Positions 51,622 through 64,000 of a DNA stretch of 64,000 nucleotides are shown in pieces (the first letter of the stretch is position 1; each line of letters begins with the position of its first letter). Both the position numbers and the translations under genes were made by a program. The stretch is from Eledone cirrhosa (Eukaryota), in assembly GCA_964016885.1 (NCBI GenBank), contig OZ024741.1, positions 356,314,001 to 356,378,000 of the forward strand. Direction: 5' to 3'. The notes beneath the pieces were generated by a model. That model saw only the letters and a list, made by a program, of their open reading frames with translations. It did not search any database and was not told where the DNA came from.

Positions 51622-53910
51622 TCAACACAGAATTAATAGGTAGAAGGGAAAAATGTCGACCATACTTAAATATGGAATGATACGTGATGGAGCCACCCCT
51701 ACAGCCCCGGCGGTCAGAATGGAGAAGGCGTTTCTCCGGAGGACGGCAAGGGAGAAGCGCTGGAAAAGCCACTCCAACTCGCGGGGCTCACACCTGCAGT
51801 TGGCCAGCTCAGCGCCTATGGTGGTGAGTAGGGAGGTAGCCCTAGGGCCGAGGACAGCAGAAGTCTCCACTGCCAAGGGTACGACCGCAAACCTGTTGGA
51901 GAGCAACCGGTATTTGAGGAGTTTAGCCTCCTCAGCCCGACGTGCAGCAGAACCTGGGTTAGTTGAAGACTGCACCAGGTTGCGGCTGCAGAAAGTGTCA
52001 GTGCAAGTGGCATCCCAGACGAGGGTTTTGCCACTGCGGAACAAGAAGATGGTCATGCCATCTGCCCTTTTGCTGTCCCCTCGGGCCAGCCCCACCAGCT
52101 TGAGCTGGGAAGGGAAGCCTGCAGCGTTCAAGCCATGCTTTATGACTTCATTGAGGGCAGCATGGCGAGAAAGGCGGCCGGCACTGTGGCGACAGGAAAG
52201 CGGGTGGAGGCCGAAAGAGCCATGGTGGATCCGCAGCGACATTCGTGTGGCTCGCAGATCCGGAGGCCAAGCCTCAAGGAAACGCCAATGCGCAGGCTAT
52301 TGTTGTCTAGCTGCGTGCCAGTGGAGAAGGAGGGCAGGGGTTTGGAGGCGGCACAAAAACAGGCAAGGCGGTGCTGGTCGAGCTGGCGCGTGAGCCTGTC
52401 TGAGGCCAGGCTGCACTGGATGGCATCCCAAGTGCTTTGAGGGGACTTGACGTCAACAACCGGTCCCACGTCTCACAGGCAGCCTCACGTTCTCTGAACA
52501 CGGAGGGTTCTATTGTGTTCAGAAGAACCCTGCTGACGAAGATGCAACACGAGGTTACCGATGAAAGGTACGCCGGCAAAGCCAGTGAGATCAGGGACCG
52601 GAAGCCAAGGCCGCCATACCTGACAGGTAAAGTGGCATGTTGCCATCCAATGTTGTCAAACTTGACGTTGCATATCACCTCGGCTGCTGCTCGGATACAA
52701 GTATCGAGGTGAGCGAGGAGAGATGTGTGGGTGTAGCACGGAGTGCTGTGAAGAGTATAGAGGAGCTTCAGCATGGTGAAGCAGTTCCTCAACAGAAAGA
52801 GGTCTGGCTGGCCGTCGATCAAGCCCAGTTGGCTTGTGAGAGTCTGGAGTTGTTGAAGCCTGGACCTGATGGTGGAGTGGATGGCTGGCGGGTGGATCGG
52901 CAAACAGGAGGGGTCCCAAAGGGTCGCCCTGTTGGACTCCAGTGACCGAAGGTATGACCGTATCAGCAGCAAGGAGCATGCTCGGGGCTCCATACGACAG
53001 GTAGGCCAGCGGGTAGGTAGAGGAGGTTCGGCTGAGGCAGGCATCGAGCAGATGGTCCCGGCGTAAGCAGTTGAAGGCATTCCTCATGTCAAGCTTGACA
53101 ATGAGGTGCCTGGAGTCCCTGGATGCCGGTTCCAGTGGGCAGCTGTTGAAGAACTGCCTGGTGGCATGTGCGGCCCCCCACAGCCGGACACGCCAATACC
53201 CAGTTGCACCAGACTGAACTCTTCACCCAGTTTAGTTGTTATGGACCTGCAGACCACCTTGGCAGCCAGCCTCTGGAAGACATTGCCCACAGCGATGGGG
53301 CGTATGCCACCCTCTTTCTTTCTGAGAGCAGTGAGGATGGCCAAAAAAAAGAGGCCTCGGGTGTGAGGGTCCAGGGTGCCATGGATGAGCCTATTGGTGA
53401 GCACCATAATTGCACTCTGAAGGCGGTATCCGGCCTCAGCGGAGAGGGGGGATAGCAGCTCCTTGAGGAGGCCTGGTCGGAGACCATCAGCACCTCCACT
53501 GCTGTTAGCTGGGAAGGACTTGATGGCGGACATGATATCTGCATCAGAAGCCACAAAGAGCAAGTGGGGGTCGGGTATGGGTATGAGATCAGCGGGTGGC
53601 TCAGGGTGCTTGAGTCGCAGGGCAGCCAGGACCTCCTCGGTGGGTTGGAGGACAGTGTCCTCTGAGGCAACCACTCTGACTGCGGCCGAGACATTACCCA
53701 TGATTAATTTAGCATTTACGCGGTCGCGCAAATGCTTGGCACTGGCCTCAGGGGTGGAGGATTGGGGGTACCCGAGGGTGGGGTGTGTGGCGTCCCTAGG
53801 CATGCTTGGAATGGGCGCTTGTCCAAAGGACAAAACATTGGCCTTGACAAAGGTTGCTGTCATCCGGCCACCCCGGTCAGCGCCAGAGCTGGGGAGGCTG
53901 AGGGCGTACA
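51622..53910 (-). mobile_element. CRE-like non-LTR retrotransposon (RT + CCHC + restriction-like endonuclease), frameshifted and internally deleted
   Basis: GGIRPIAVG, KLDMRNAFN, GVQQGDPLGPLLF, LPVRYGGLG, CRCG...HPLSC...RHAALNEVI, RADG...WDATC, PLAVET. The YLDD segment is missing. Confidence 0.85.
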
Positions 53911-54189
53911 GAACATTTTTTTTTTTATGTTTTTGCTTACATTTTATATCAAATTATTTATTCTATTTAATAATCTGTAAATATAATGTAATTTTTTTTG
54001 CAATATCCTTTAGAAAATTCAGTTTGGAATCTTCACTGAATATGTCATGCTTTTATCCTAAACTTAGAGCAATTTTGGTATGGTCATGTTAAAAAACTAT
54101 CAATTTTCACTATTTGGCTTACGGAGGTGGTGTCAAAACAAAAGGAGGTTAGTGTCAAATACTAAGAGGAATAATCATATAGGACCACA

Positions 54190-55400
54190 AGTGCCACAAA
54201 GGAAAAATGAGTTAATTATAACCTTAGGGTGGTTGGAGTATCTGTCTATTTACGTATTGAATGTTCTCACTCAGTTTGTGGTGTCGAGCTCTAGCATCAC
54301 ATCTAGCAAATTAGCAGTTCATGTATTTACTTCTACATCTACCATCAGTCCATAATTCTTAAAGAAATATCTAAATTTTTCGCACATTCTTTCAAGTCAC
54401 AGGAATGTAAAAAGTGACATCTCTGTACAAACCACCACTTATGCCTGGGATTTCTTCCCATAGTCTGCACAGGAGGCAAATCCATACCACATCGATGATC
54501 TGCACTAAGTTGCTAGACTCCATGGTAATGTCGAAACTGTCAGATCTGTCTTGTCGTTCCCAGAGTTTGCCCTCATACTCAATGTGTCTTTCTAGCCGTT
54601 AAATTAATATCTATTTCCTTTCTAGTAAGGCTGGATCTTTTTAAGGCTGATATTAGTGCCTTATTCATTGTTAGAGGGGAAATGGATGCATAGTAACTAG
54701 ATATGTCTAGTTGGATGAATCGTGTATCCAACTCCCTATCTAGGGAAGAGAACAAGTCTATGACCCCCTTAGTGCACGACTACAAGCTAAGTCTAATTGT
54801 GTTCCTAAGCTCAGGAAATTTTCTATCTACTATACAATTACTAACCCTTCCAAAGTCTAATTTGGAAGGGGCTATTAATCTAAGTGGAAGTTTGTCCTCA
54901 AATCCAGTTTGTGGTCCTCAATGGAGATTTTAGGTGTCTTTGGGCTGTAAGGTTCAGTCTTATTGAATTTTAGATTTATCATTATTTGCTTTGTCTTACT
55001 GTTTATATGTGTAAGGTTGTCGTGGTTTGTGGCTTTGTAATTTTTGTTGATGTCTTTTCTAATGCAGTCTTGGTAAGCGTGGTACTCCTTGCTATATAAG
55101 TGGTCAATTTTGTTGGCTGGTACCAATATTCCAAGGAATTTCTTCATTTCAGTAATCCTGGCAGCTAGTTCTGATAGGTATGAATCAGTCATACAGTCCG
55201 CTCCACAATTTAAATTTTATGTTCCGAATCATGTTAATGATGTGTTCCTCAAAACTCTTCCAGGTATATATTGTGTGGTGGGTTATTCCTGAATCTGAAA
55301 CGACTTACATACAAGTAACCAAGTATAAATTCTTTTGTGTGGGTAACAGTATTATGGTAAGTAAGAGAGGCATGTTGTTGGAAAAGAAATGGATAAAGTA
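54190..55400 (-). mobile_element. Highly decayed Hydra-like PLE, RT part
   Basis: NKIDHLY...TEPYSP..PKISIEDHK, FDITMESS, GGLYRD, NLLDV, SNHPK. Confidence 0.65.
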
Positions 55401-56834
55401 ATTGACGTAGTTAGAGTATGTGGTAAAATAATTAAGCTTAGACTAACCATAAACAACATGCATACATAGACACCAAACAATCTTGAGAAAGAAGGAACAA
55501 AAGCTGAAAGATGCTTTGGCCAGACGTAGGTTGAAATAAGTACAAGACATGTATGAAGAAGAGGAGATCATGATCATCACCACTTAATGTCTATTTGCCA
55601 TGCTTATATGGGTTAGACGGGTTGTTGCATACAGAGGTTAAATTGCTTGTATGCTCTATTTTTTACTTTGTTTCAACAGCTGGATGTCCATCCTAATACT
55701 CAAGTGTACTAAGATCATTTTATCGTAACTCCAGCAGTACCACCTTACAGTGCTGACTGGGTGTTTTTTGTCATGGCACCAGCACTATCACCTTACAGGA
55801 TAGGCTGAGTGATATTTGTTATGGTACCAACACTATCATCTTCAGGGTAGAACGGGTGCTTTTTGTCTTGGCACCAGCACTATCACCTTACAGAATGGAC
55901 TGGGTGCTTTTTGTCATGACACCAGCACTACCATCATACAAATAGAGATTTATAGAAGACAACTGGCCATTTCCTACAAGACAACTTGCTGCCTGCCACA
56001 CAGCAAATCTGTGATTCCAACCAGACAGAAAGTGACATGGTGATGGAATGGTATAGTTGAGTCATAAAAGATGAAAGACAGGCTTAGGAAAGATTGAAAA
56101 AAAGAGGTAGGGAAGAAGTAAGGAACAATATCAGCTAACTAGAAGAGAAGCTAGATGCCAGGTATATGTATCATAGAGAATAGATGAAAGTATGCAGTTT
56201 GCCAAAGTTCTGCAATGAGAGGGTAACAGGTGTTAGATTTTGGAGTTGTTGTTCTTCGCCCACTTATTCCTGGGAAGGTCATGCGGGAAGAGTTCTCAAG
56301 CATGCATTCCAGTGGGTCTTGTCATAAGCAACTGTCTCCAATTGATCTAACTGGATCTCCAAGCAAGACCAGCTGAGCTCATGGATGTTATCCAACCATC
56401 TTGTTCAGAGACTACCCCTGAGTCTCCTGCCAGTTGGTTTTGCTTGAAAAATCAGTCTAGCAACTTTTTCTTTAGACATTCTGACCACATGTCCATAGTA
56501 TTGGAACTGTGATTCTCAATTCGGAGAAGTAGTGGCTCTACCTGGAGTGACTCTCTGATCTCTGAGCTATGCACTCTATCGAGTAACATAGCTCCCAAGT
56601 CCCTTTGGAGGAACACCATTTCAGCTGTTTGTATTCATGACCATATTCCTTCAGTAACTATCCAAGATTCAAATTAAAGATAGCGAATTTGGCTTTTTCA
56701 CCTACCTCCCTTCTTTTGATGACCAAAACTGGTGCATTACTAGATATTGGAGTTGATATAATTAGATAAAAACTCTTAAAGCAGTTTCCCAGAATGGTCA
56801 CAGCCCCAAAAAGAATAGCTTCAAACCAACTTAC

Positions 56835-57004
56835 ATTTGTTTTGATGGGTGGAAGAGTGTTTTAATAGTACTCTTGAATTCCATATATGTCTGCCATTCC
56901 TTTTTAGCATTTTCTGTAACTAAAACATCAGTCGGGACAGTAGGTATACCTTGTTCTTGAGCAAATGCATTAGCTCCTTTACCTACTAAGAGCACATGAT
57001 CAGT
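56835..57004 (-). CDS. ASRGL1: Isoaspartyl peptidase/L-asparaginase exon (170 nt)
   Basis: cag/gtaagt borders; TDHVLLVGKGANAFAQEQGIPTVPTDVLVTENAKKEW. Confidence 0.9.
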
Positions 57005-57503
57005 CTGTGAAATTATACAGGAAAAAAAATATTAAATTGGAATCAGTAATTAGTTATAACTGATTGGTTGCTAAAATTCACACTAACAAAGAAATATGAA
57101 TTTTAAGTGTGCATGTATGGCTGAGTTGAGAGAAAAAAATGGGCATTAGAGGAATCAGGAATAAGCATACAAAAATAAGGATTGCACTGGTATGGACATG
57201 TAATATGTATGGATGATGGTCATAAGTTTAAAAAACGATAGGACTTCCAAGTGGAAAATCATTGAATAGAAAGATCAAGGAAGACATGAGCAGAAGTGGT
57301 GAAAACCAACTTTCAGATGTTGAACCTCAGAAAAGAGGGAAGCAGCTGTAGTGGACAAAATTTATTTAATTCATGCAAGCATAGAAAAACGCAAGTAAAA
57401 ATGACGATGATCAAGATTATAGAACTGGTGGAGAATGGGCAGTGAGAATTGAATATACAAACTATGACATTGCAGAATAGTCTAATATTTAAAAGAACCT
57501 TAC

Positions 57504-57646
57504 CATTTCCATAACAATTTGAGCTAGTTGTATAGGGTTTGCAATGTTCTGCACACATGCTACAGCACCACTGTTTAGATTGGATCCTTCCATAATCATG
57601 GCATCCATTTCCACTTCTCCATTGCTGTTAAGCACAGATCCAGTAC
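57504..57646 (-). CDS. ASRGL1: Isoaspartyl peptidase/L-asparaginase exon (143 nt); the upstream exon(s) were not found in the window
   Basis: tag/gtaag borders; [47 protein letters not shown]. Confidence 0.92.
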
Positions 57647-57714
57647 CTAATGAAAGAAAATTACAAAAAAGTAAATATTTGAGAATAGCTCAAGCTTCTA
57701 GGATACAAGTATAG

Positions 57715-57890
57715 ATATATGTAGTGGTTATGTGATTTAAAGCATGTAGTTCCAGGTTTAGTCCCACTGCGTGATACTTTTAGCAAATGTCTTCTACTCT
57801 GCTATGGTCTCAGACTAACCAATGCCTTGTGAGAGAACTTGGTGGATGAGAACTCTGTGAAAGCCCATCGTTTGTATGAATGTGTGTATG
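57715..57890 (+). mobile_element. tRNA-derived SINE, degenerate (related minus-strand copy at about 44440-44590)
   Basis: gtagtggtta A-box and ggtttagtccca B-box-like motifs; body accaatgccttgtgag; ends in a (TG)-rich tail. Confidence 0.55.
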
Positions 57891-58009
57891 TCTTTGCCTC
57901 CATTACATCAGTGAATCTCTACCATACTGAAAAGTATGGGTTGGTATCAGAAAGAGCATCTGGCTATAGAAATTTGTCATAGAAACAGCAGGATACTTAT
58001 TTTAGTTAG

Positions 58010-58645
58010 TTAACAGCCATTTTCCATGCTAGCATGAGTTAGACAGGTTGTCCTGTTTGAGGCAAGTCGGGTTAGGTGACTGTCTTGTTCATACCGAACT
58101 GTTTCTGGCTTGGTCTCTACAGTTGGATGCCCTTCCTAATGCCAACCACATTTACAGTGTGTACTGGGTGCTTTTTGTTGTGACCCCTACACAACCACGT
58201 TATAGTGTGGGCTGGATGCTTTTTGTCGTGACACCTACACAACCACTTTACAGTGTGGGCTGGGTGCTTTTTGTCATGATACCAACACAACTTTACAGTG
58301 TAAGGATGGTGTGAGCAGAAGTGGGTGGGTGTGTGTCGGGGCATGGGAGGTGTATGGAAAGGAATATAGTGGTGAAGAGGTGCCTACTAGATGTATGTTT
58401 CAGTCCGTGTGCATAGAAAGGCAGGTCATCTGTATTACTGCATAACGCCAAAGATCTCGATCCTGTGTCATTGTCTTTGAGAGGTGCAATTGTGCAAGGC
58501 CAGTTTTTATCACCTCATCCCAGGTCTTCCTGTATCTCCCTACTCCATAGCTTGTGTCAACTTTGATCGCCCTATACCTTTTTATACAGCTGTCATCCTT
58601 TATACACATCACATGACCATACCAATGCAATCTCCTCTCTAGCAT
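58010..58645 (-). mobile_element. RTE LINE 3' end
   Basis: ERRLHWYGHVMCIKDDSC...GRYRKTW plus the shared 3'UTR. Confidence 0.75.
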
Positions 58646-58660
58646 ACTTCATATGATTCT

Positions 58661-61600
58661 TTAGTGAATTAGTCACAGGGTTATTTACTTTGGTAAACGC
58701 CACTGCAGGCCAACCACTAATTTAATTTGATACAGATATAATAAGGTTAAACTCGCTCGTGAGTGAACTGTCCGTGAGCCGTCGCCAAATAAGCCAAGAT
58801 GTCTCTTTTCTCCCTCCTTTATAATCCCTAGACCGGAAGTTCAAGGAATCTTCTAGAATTCAACGGGAAGTAACTCCAATTAGTTTTTTCTCCCCGGGCA
58901 AGGTGGCGCTAGTCGCTACAAGGCTCTCCTCCAGACGATAGTTGATAATAACCATAAGGTCATTGTAGCAAGGAGCCGTAGAATAAGGAGCAAGCAAAAC
59001 AAAAGGTACATAAATTACAATGGTTTGTAACAGAAGCAAAGTATAAAAATAAACATGCAGAAAAATGTAACTGGAACAATACAATTCAAAACAGTACAAG
59101 GGAGCAAGGAAAATAGTGCTCAAAATAAGTTCAAATAGTTAATGCTACTAGGGGTTAGACAAATATTGTTTTTGAGAGTTTCCGTGGCCATATTACTGTC
59201 CTGCCACTCATGTGACATATGGTTGTGTGGTATGTAGTGTTTGCGGTGGAGGTGAAGGTGTTTGTGTGGGAGTGTATGTGCGAGGTATGTCAGGCAATGA
59301 TGTGAGACTTTCAGAGAAAGCCTTCTTTGCTCTGTCAACAGATGTTACCTCTTTTCGACCATTGACAGCTACTGTAAAGTGTTTTGGTGTGTGCGAAAGC
59401 ACACGAAAAGGTCCATTATAAGGTGACGTAAGAGGTCCCTTGACGGAATCATTCCGTATGAAAATGTGTGTCCACCTAGAGATGCCCGATGGGACAGCAG
59501 AAGAAATAGATTGGTCACGAGGGTTCATTGGTGGAAGATCCGAGAAATACGAACGAATCCTGGTGACATATGATGCTGGGTCAAGATATGATGAATCCAC
59601 TGGTGCTAACACTTGTCCAGGAAGAGACAATGTGGTACCATAAAGAAGTTCAGCAGAAGAAAACCTAAATCTGTCTTAATGGTAGAACGACAACCAAGAA
59701 GCACGATTGGCAAAAATTTGTTCCAACGTTGCGGATCAGGAGTAGCGCGAAGTGCAGCTTTCAACTGTCTATGAAACCTCTTGACCATTCCATTGGAGGC
59801 TGGATGATAGCTGGTCGTATGAATGTGATGAGCACCCAAGAGTCGTGATATTTCACGAAATAAGGAAGCTTCAAATTGGCATCCACGATCCGTAGTTATT
59901 TTAGTAGGAACACCGAAACGAGCAATCCAATTGGAAATGAAAGCTCGGGCAACGGACTCTGCTGTTATGTCCACGAGAGGTATGGCTTCAGGCCACGAGA
60001 GAAACGATCAATACAAGTCAATATGTATGTGAACCCACGACTAACGGGCCATGGACCAACAATATCTATGTGAATATGACGGAAACGTGCGTCTGGTGGG
60101 CTGAATTTCCCAAGAGCAGCGCGGACATGCCGATAAATCTTAGAGCGCTGACACTTCAAACAAGAACGTGCCCAACCGGTGATTAAACAACGCATATTAG
60201 GCCAAAAAAAATCGAGCGATAATAAGCTTCACCGTGGCAGCTATGCCGGAATGCGACAAAGAATGAAGTGCATCAAATACGGTACGTTGATGGCAATCTG
60301 GAACAAGTGGTCTGGGTGAGCCAGTACAAATATCGCAAAGAAATTTTCCTTCAGCAGACGGAAGAGGTAAATATTCAAATTTAAAGCAGGAAAACTGGGT
60401 AGAAGAAATGTCCAACGAATCCAAAGTAGGTTGGTCAGTTGCAATGGCAACTAAATTGATATGAGCAGGAGACGCAAGAGAACACAGAAAGTCGAGAGAA
60501 TACGTCCGCGGGTATGTTGGCAGCTCCAGCTATATGACGAATGTCACTGGTGTACTGGGAGATGAAATCCAAATGTCTGTATGCCCTCGGAGAGTATCTG
60601 TCGGACTTGGTTTGAAGAGCGGATGTGAGTGGTTTATGGTCTGTGAATACCGTGAACTCCCGACCTTCAAGAAGATGGTGGAAGTGTTTCACAGCAAGAT
60701 AAACTGCTAAAAGCTCTCTGTCAAAAGTACTGTAACGTTGCTCTGCTGGTTTTAGTTGGCGTGAGAAAAACGCCAGTGGTTGAACCTGGTGATCGATTGC
60801 ATGTTGCAAGACTGCTCCAACAGCATGATCGGATGCGTCATCATCATCGTTTAACGTCCATGTTCCACGCTTGCATGGGTTTGGACGGGAGTTTTCCCAC
60901 TTGAGGCAAGAGTGGTTGTCTTGCTTGCATAGGACTGTCTGGCAGGTTTTCTACAGTTGGATGCCCTTCCGAACACCAACCACATTTACAGTGTGGGGCT
61001 GGGAGGTTTTTACCGTGTTGCCTACACGGCCACATTACAGCGTGGACTGTCTGCAGATAAAGAAAGTCTTGCGTTTGCAACAGGATGGGCGAGTAAGGAA
61101 ACTTCAGCTATCTCAGACTTGACGGATTCAAAAGACTGCAAAGCATCAGCAGAAAGTGAAATAGGAGCATCTTTCTTTTTTGCAGCCTTTAAAAACAACT
61201 TGTCCGCACAGTTAGGAATAAAGCGACGATAAAAGTTAATTAATCCCAAGAAATGGCGTAATTGTCTCAAGGATGTTGGTGGTGCTAATTGCTGAATCAC
61301 CTCTACTTTAGATGGCAAAGGACGAATGCCTTCTGAATCTATAAGGTGTCCAAGGAATTCCAGTGAAGCTGTACCAAACACACATTTAGCTGGGTTGATT
61401 CTGACTTGGTACGATTGAAGACGTTGAAATAACTGAGATACATGTTGCTGATGATGTTCAGCTGTGTCACTGGCTATCAGGAGGTCATCCACGTAAGCAA
61501 ACACAAAATCCAATCCACGCGTGACTTCATCGATAAAACGCTGGAACGTGCTAGAGGCATTCCACAAGCCAAAAGGCATGAACAGGAATTCAAATGAACC

Positions 61601-62750
61601 AAAGGGGGTGGTCACAGCTGTTTTTGGTATATCCTCTGGATTCATGGGTATCTGGTGGTATGCATGTATTAGATCTATTTTGGAGAATATCTTGCATCCA
61701 TGCAGAATGGATGAAAAATCCTGTAAATTTGGTAGAGGATAACGGTCCGGCGTGGTGATGGCATTAAGTCATCGATAATCTCCCTCAGGCCTAAAATCTG
61801 CTTCACCCTTTCGAACCAAGTGAAGCAGAGATGCCCATGGGCTGGTGAACGGTCATATAAGACCGAGCTGAGCATATGCTCGAACTCGTTTCGTGCTTTT
61901 TTTTAGTCTATCCGGAGCCAACCTTCGTGGATGAGAGAAAACAGGTGGACCAGTTGTTGTAACAAAGTGTTGAGTCGAGTGGGCTGCCTGGGTAGGTTTA
62001 AATGAAATATCCGTTAACTCGGGGAAACGAAGTAAGGAGTGCATGAAACTAGTTTCCAGCTGCAGCCACAAAAAATGATGGACTGACAGCAGTAGTGGTA
62101 GATTTACGAGTAGGCGTAGATAAGGATGTGGTACTATTCACAAGTTTCTGGTTCCTGACATCTACCAAAAATGAAAAGTGCTGTAAGAAATCCGCACTGA
62201 AAATAGGATGAGGTAGGTCGGCAATGACAAAAATCCATTTGAAATCTCGACTTAAAGCTAGGTCCAATGTTAAAGATATCTGTCCTTAAGTTTTTATAGA
62301 AGACTGGTTTACTACATACAAAGAAATGCCGGAAAGAGTTGGCTTGGTATAGTTGAACCGTAAGGGCCAAATACTGCAACTTGATCCTGTGTCGACCATG
62401 AATGATTTGTTTGAAACTCGGTCTCTGATGAAAAAAGCACGATAAGGTGAATTAATGAGGGAGAGATCTGCCATGCCCAGACTCTCCAATTTTAGTTTTC
62501 CGAGGTCTCGAAAGAGCAGGGCTGAGTGCAATGCGTCGCCTTTTCACGAAAACGCATGTGATACCAACACAAAGACGAGTTGTTGGTGGGGAGGTTGGCG
62601 CGACGGTGAAAGGAAGAAAACCGACTTCGTGAACGCCGTCTACATGGCGTTCGATCCCTACATAGTTTAGCTACTTGCCTAGTTAGCGTGTCAATGGCTC
62701 TCAACATTGAGTCCTCACGAAGTGAAACAGGCTATTCCTAATCAGTTGTG
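58661..62750 (-). mobile_element. Ty3/Gypsy LTR retrotransposon, decayed; 3' LTR at about 58661-58920, no 5' LTR seen
   Basis: Gag CWYH..F...A..C..PC; protease VDTGS; RT KTAVTTPFG..YVDDLL; RNase H DASD..YSTFDRELLA; integrase ITTDRG..QF..YHPASNG. PPT ggaggagagcct is followed by tgtagc at 58920. Confidence 0.9.
60838..61049 (-). mobile_element. RTE-tail short insertion nested in the Gypsy RNase H region
   Basis: Splits LSLSA|DASDHAVGAVLQ; same tail family as 22432 and 24250. Confidence 0.8.
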
Positions 62751-63169
62751 CTAAAACTCACTGTTACCTTCATAACTTGATCCATCCATTTGATGCCCCT
62801 ATAATTGCTCCTTTCTAGAGCATCTCATTTGCCTTTATAACAGGTAATGATGATGCTGCAATATGTTTATATTTATCTAAAACCTTCCCATCATAATTTT
62901 CATGTATGAAACTTTGTTAAGTTAAACTTCAAACATGAGCTAAAATTTTGTTATATTACAAAATACCTCCAAATTTTTTTATTATTTTCAAAATTATTTT
63001 GAAAATCATAGGTATTTTGTTAGAAATCTGGTAACAAAAGTATTAAAGAGATAAATGGTGCAAACTATAAAGTATATTATACTTCTGGTTCATGTGTTCA
63101 TGAAAAATATTTTATTACCATATAATCCAAGCTAGTTTGCTTCATACTTTAACCCTGTATGTTTATAAT

Positions 63170-63935
63170 AATAATGAAATTATTGTGTACAGTGCTCAGG
63201 TGCACTACAACTCATCAAAGGTGCATGTATAGTACATAGAATAATGTACAAATGTCAGGAAAATGAACAGTGTATGAGTCATGATATAATAACAATAATG
63301 AAATACTGTGTACAGTGCCCAGGTGCACCACAACTCATCAAAAAAGTGCATGTACAGTACATAGGGCAATGCACAAACACCAGTAAAATGAACAGTGCAC
63401 GAGTCATGATACACACATGTGTGCATGTGTATGGAAGGAGTACATCAGGTGTAGTTTTGGCGTATTTCGGGAAGCATGAGTGTCTTAAAGGATGCAGTGT
63501 CTTGGCAGCTAACAATTGACGCAGGCAGTTTGTTCCATGCTTCAGCAACTCTGAGCGTGAAAAAATGTCTACGAAAGTCATGGGAGCTGTGCTGTTTTCT
63601 GATCTTGTAGGCATGTCCACGTGTGTTAGACACATGGCGATCAAAGAGGCGCTCAGGGTTGCAATTGGCGAGATGGTTAAAAACTTTGTGGGTATTCACC
63701 AAGTCCATTGCCAGACGTCGGAGCTTCAATGAATCCATGCCCAGGGAAGCAAGGCGTTCAGAGTATGGTAGGTGTCTGATGGAGGGTATGCGCTTGGTTG
63801 CACGTCTCTGAACAGTTTCCAGGAAGTCAATGTTCTGAGCAAGATAGGGGTTCCAGACTGATGATGCGAATTCCAAGTGTGGTCGTACCATAGCTGTATA
63901 CAGTTTTAAATAGATGGCTGGAGAGCGGCTAACAA
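63170..63935 (-). mobile_element. CR1-clade LINE 3' end with a duplicated ~124-bp 3'UTR unit
   Basis: VRPHLEFASSVWNPY...VQRRATK...YSERL..L...TRGH...FFTLRV..WNKLP; repeat units at 63170 and 63294. Confidence 0.85.
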
Positions 63936-64000
63936 ATTAATTAATGAAACATTTTGAGTAATTTACAAAAGTGATTATTTCCTCGTGAAAGTGCGTGGCC

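Noticed and set aside
62760-62860. Candidate upstream ASRGL1 exon
   Set aside because: It translates to an RTE fragment (DALERSNYRGIK), not the expected HGGAG N-terminus.
63170-63410. TTGATGAG motif in the duplicated CR1 tail
   Set aside because: No matching GAAA or stem arrangement; ordinary LINE 3'UTR duplication.

Overview
Eukaryotic, AT- and microsatellite-rich animal DNA, most consistent with a coleoid cephalopod such as Octopus (inferred from the [16 protein letters not shown] zinc-finger array and the RTE/SINE/Penelope repeat mix). There are two host loci. One is a tandem C2H2 zinc-finger locus (5.9-9.9 kb, minus strand; frameshifted, partly duplicated, with one copy fused in frame to an RTE LINE fragment). 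The other is five 3' exons of an isoaspartyl peptidase/L-asparaginase gene (ASRGL1-like; 39.7-57.6 kb, minus strand). The rest is mobile DNA: an intact DD37D/maT transposon plus RTE, CR1, CRE-like, HERO-like, Gypsy, Helitron and piggyBac remnants. The most striking region is 11.9-36.8 kb, a nest of Penelope-like elements (PLEs) and small non-coding repeats inserted in (TA)n tracts. By eye it contains hammerhead-ribozyme (HHR) folds from about eight unrelated sequence families. Three of these families share a non-canonical core (CUGANGA-C-[long stem II]-A-GAAA-[palindrome]-GUU). A 591-bp ORF-less tandem repeat carries one U3:A8-variant HHR per monomer, which is a retrozyme/circular-RNA-like architecture. 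All folds were derived by manual base pairing and none has been tested. Clade names come from motif recall, not from searches.
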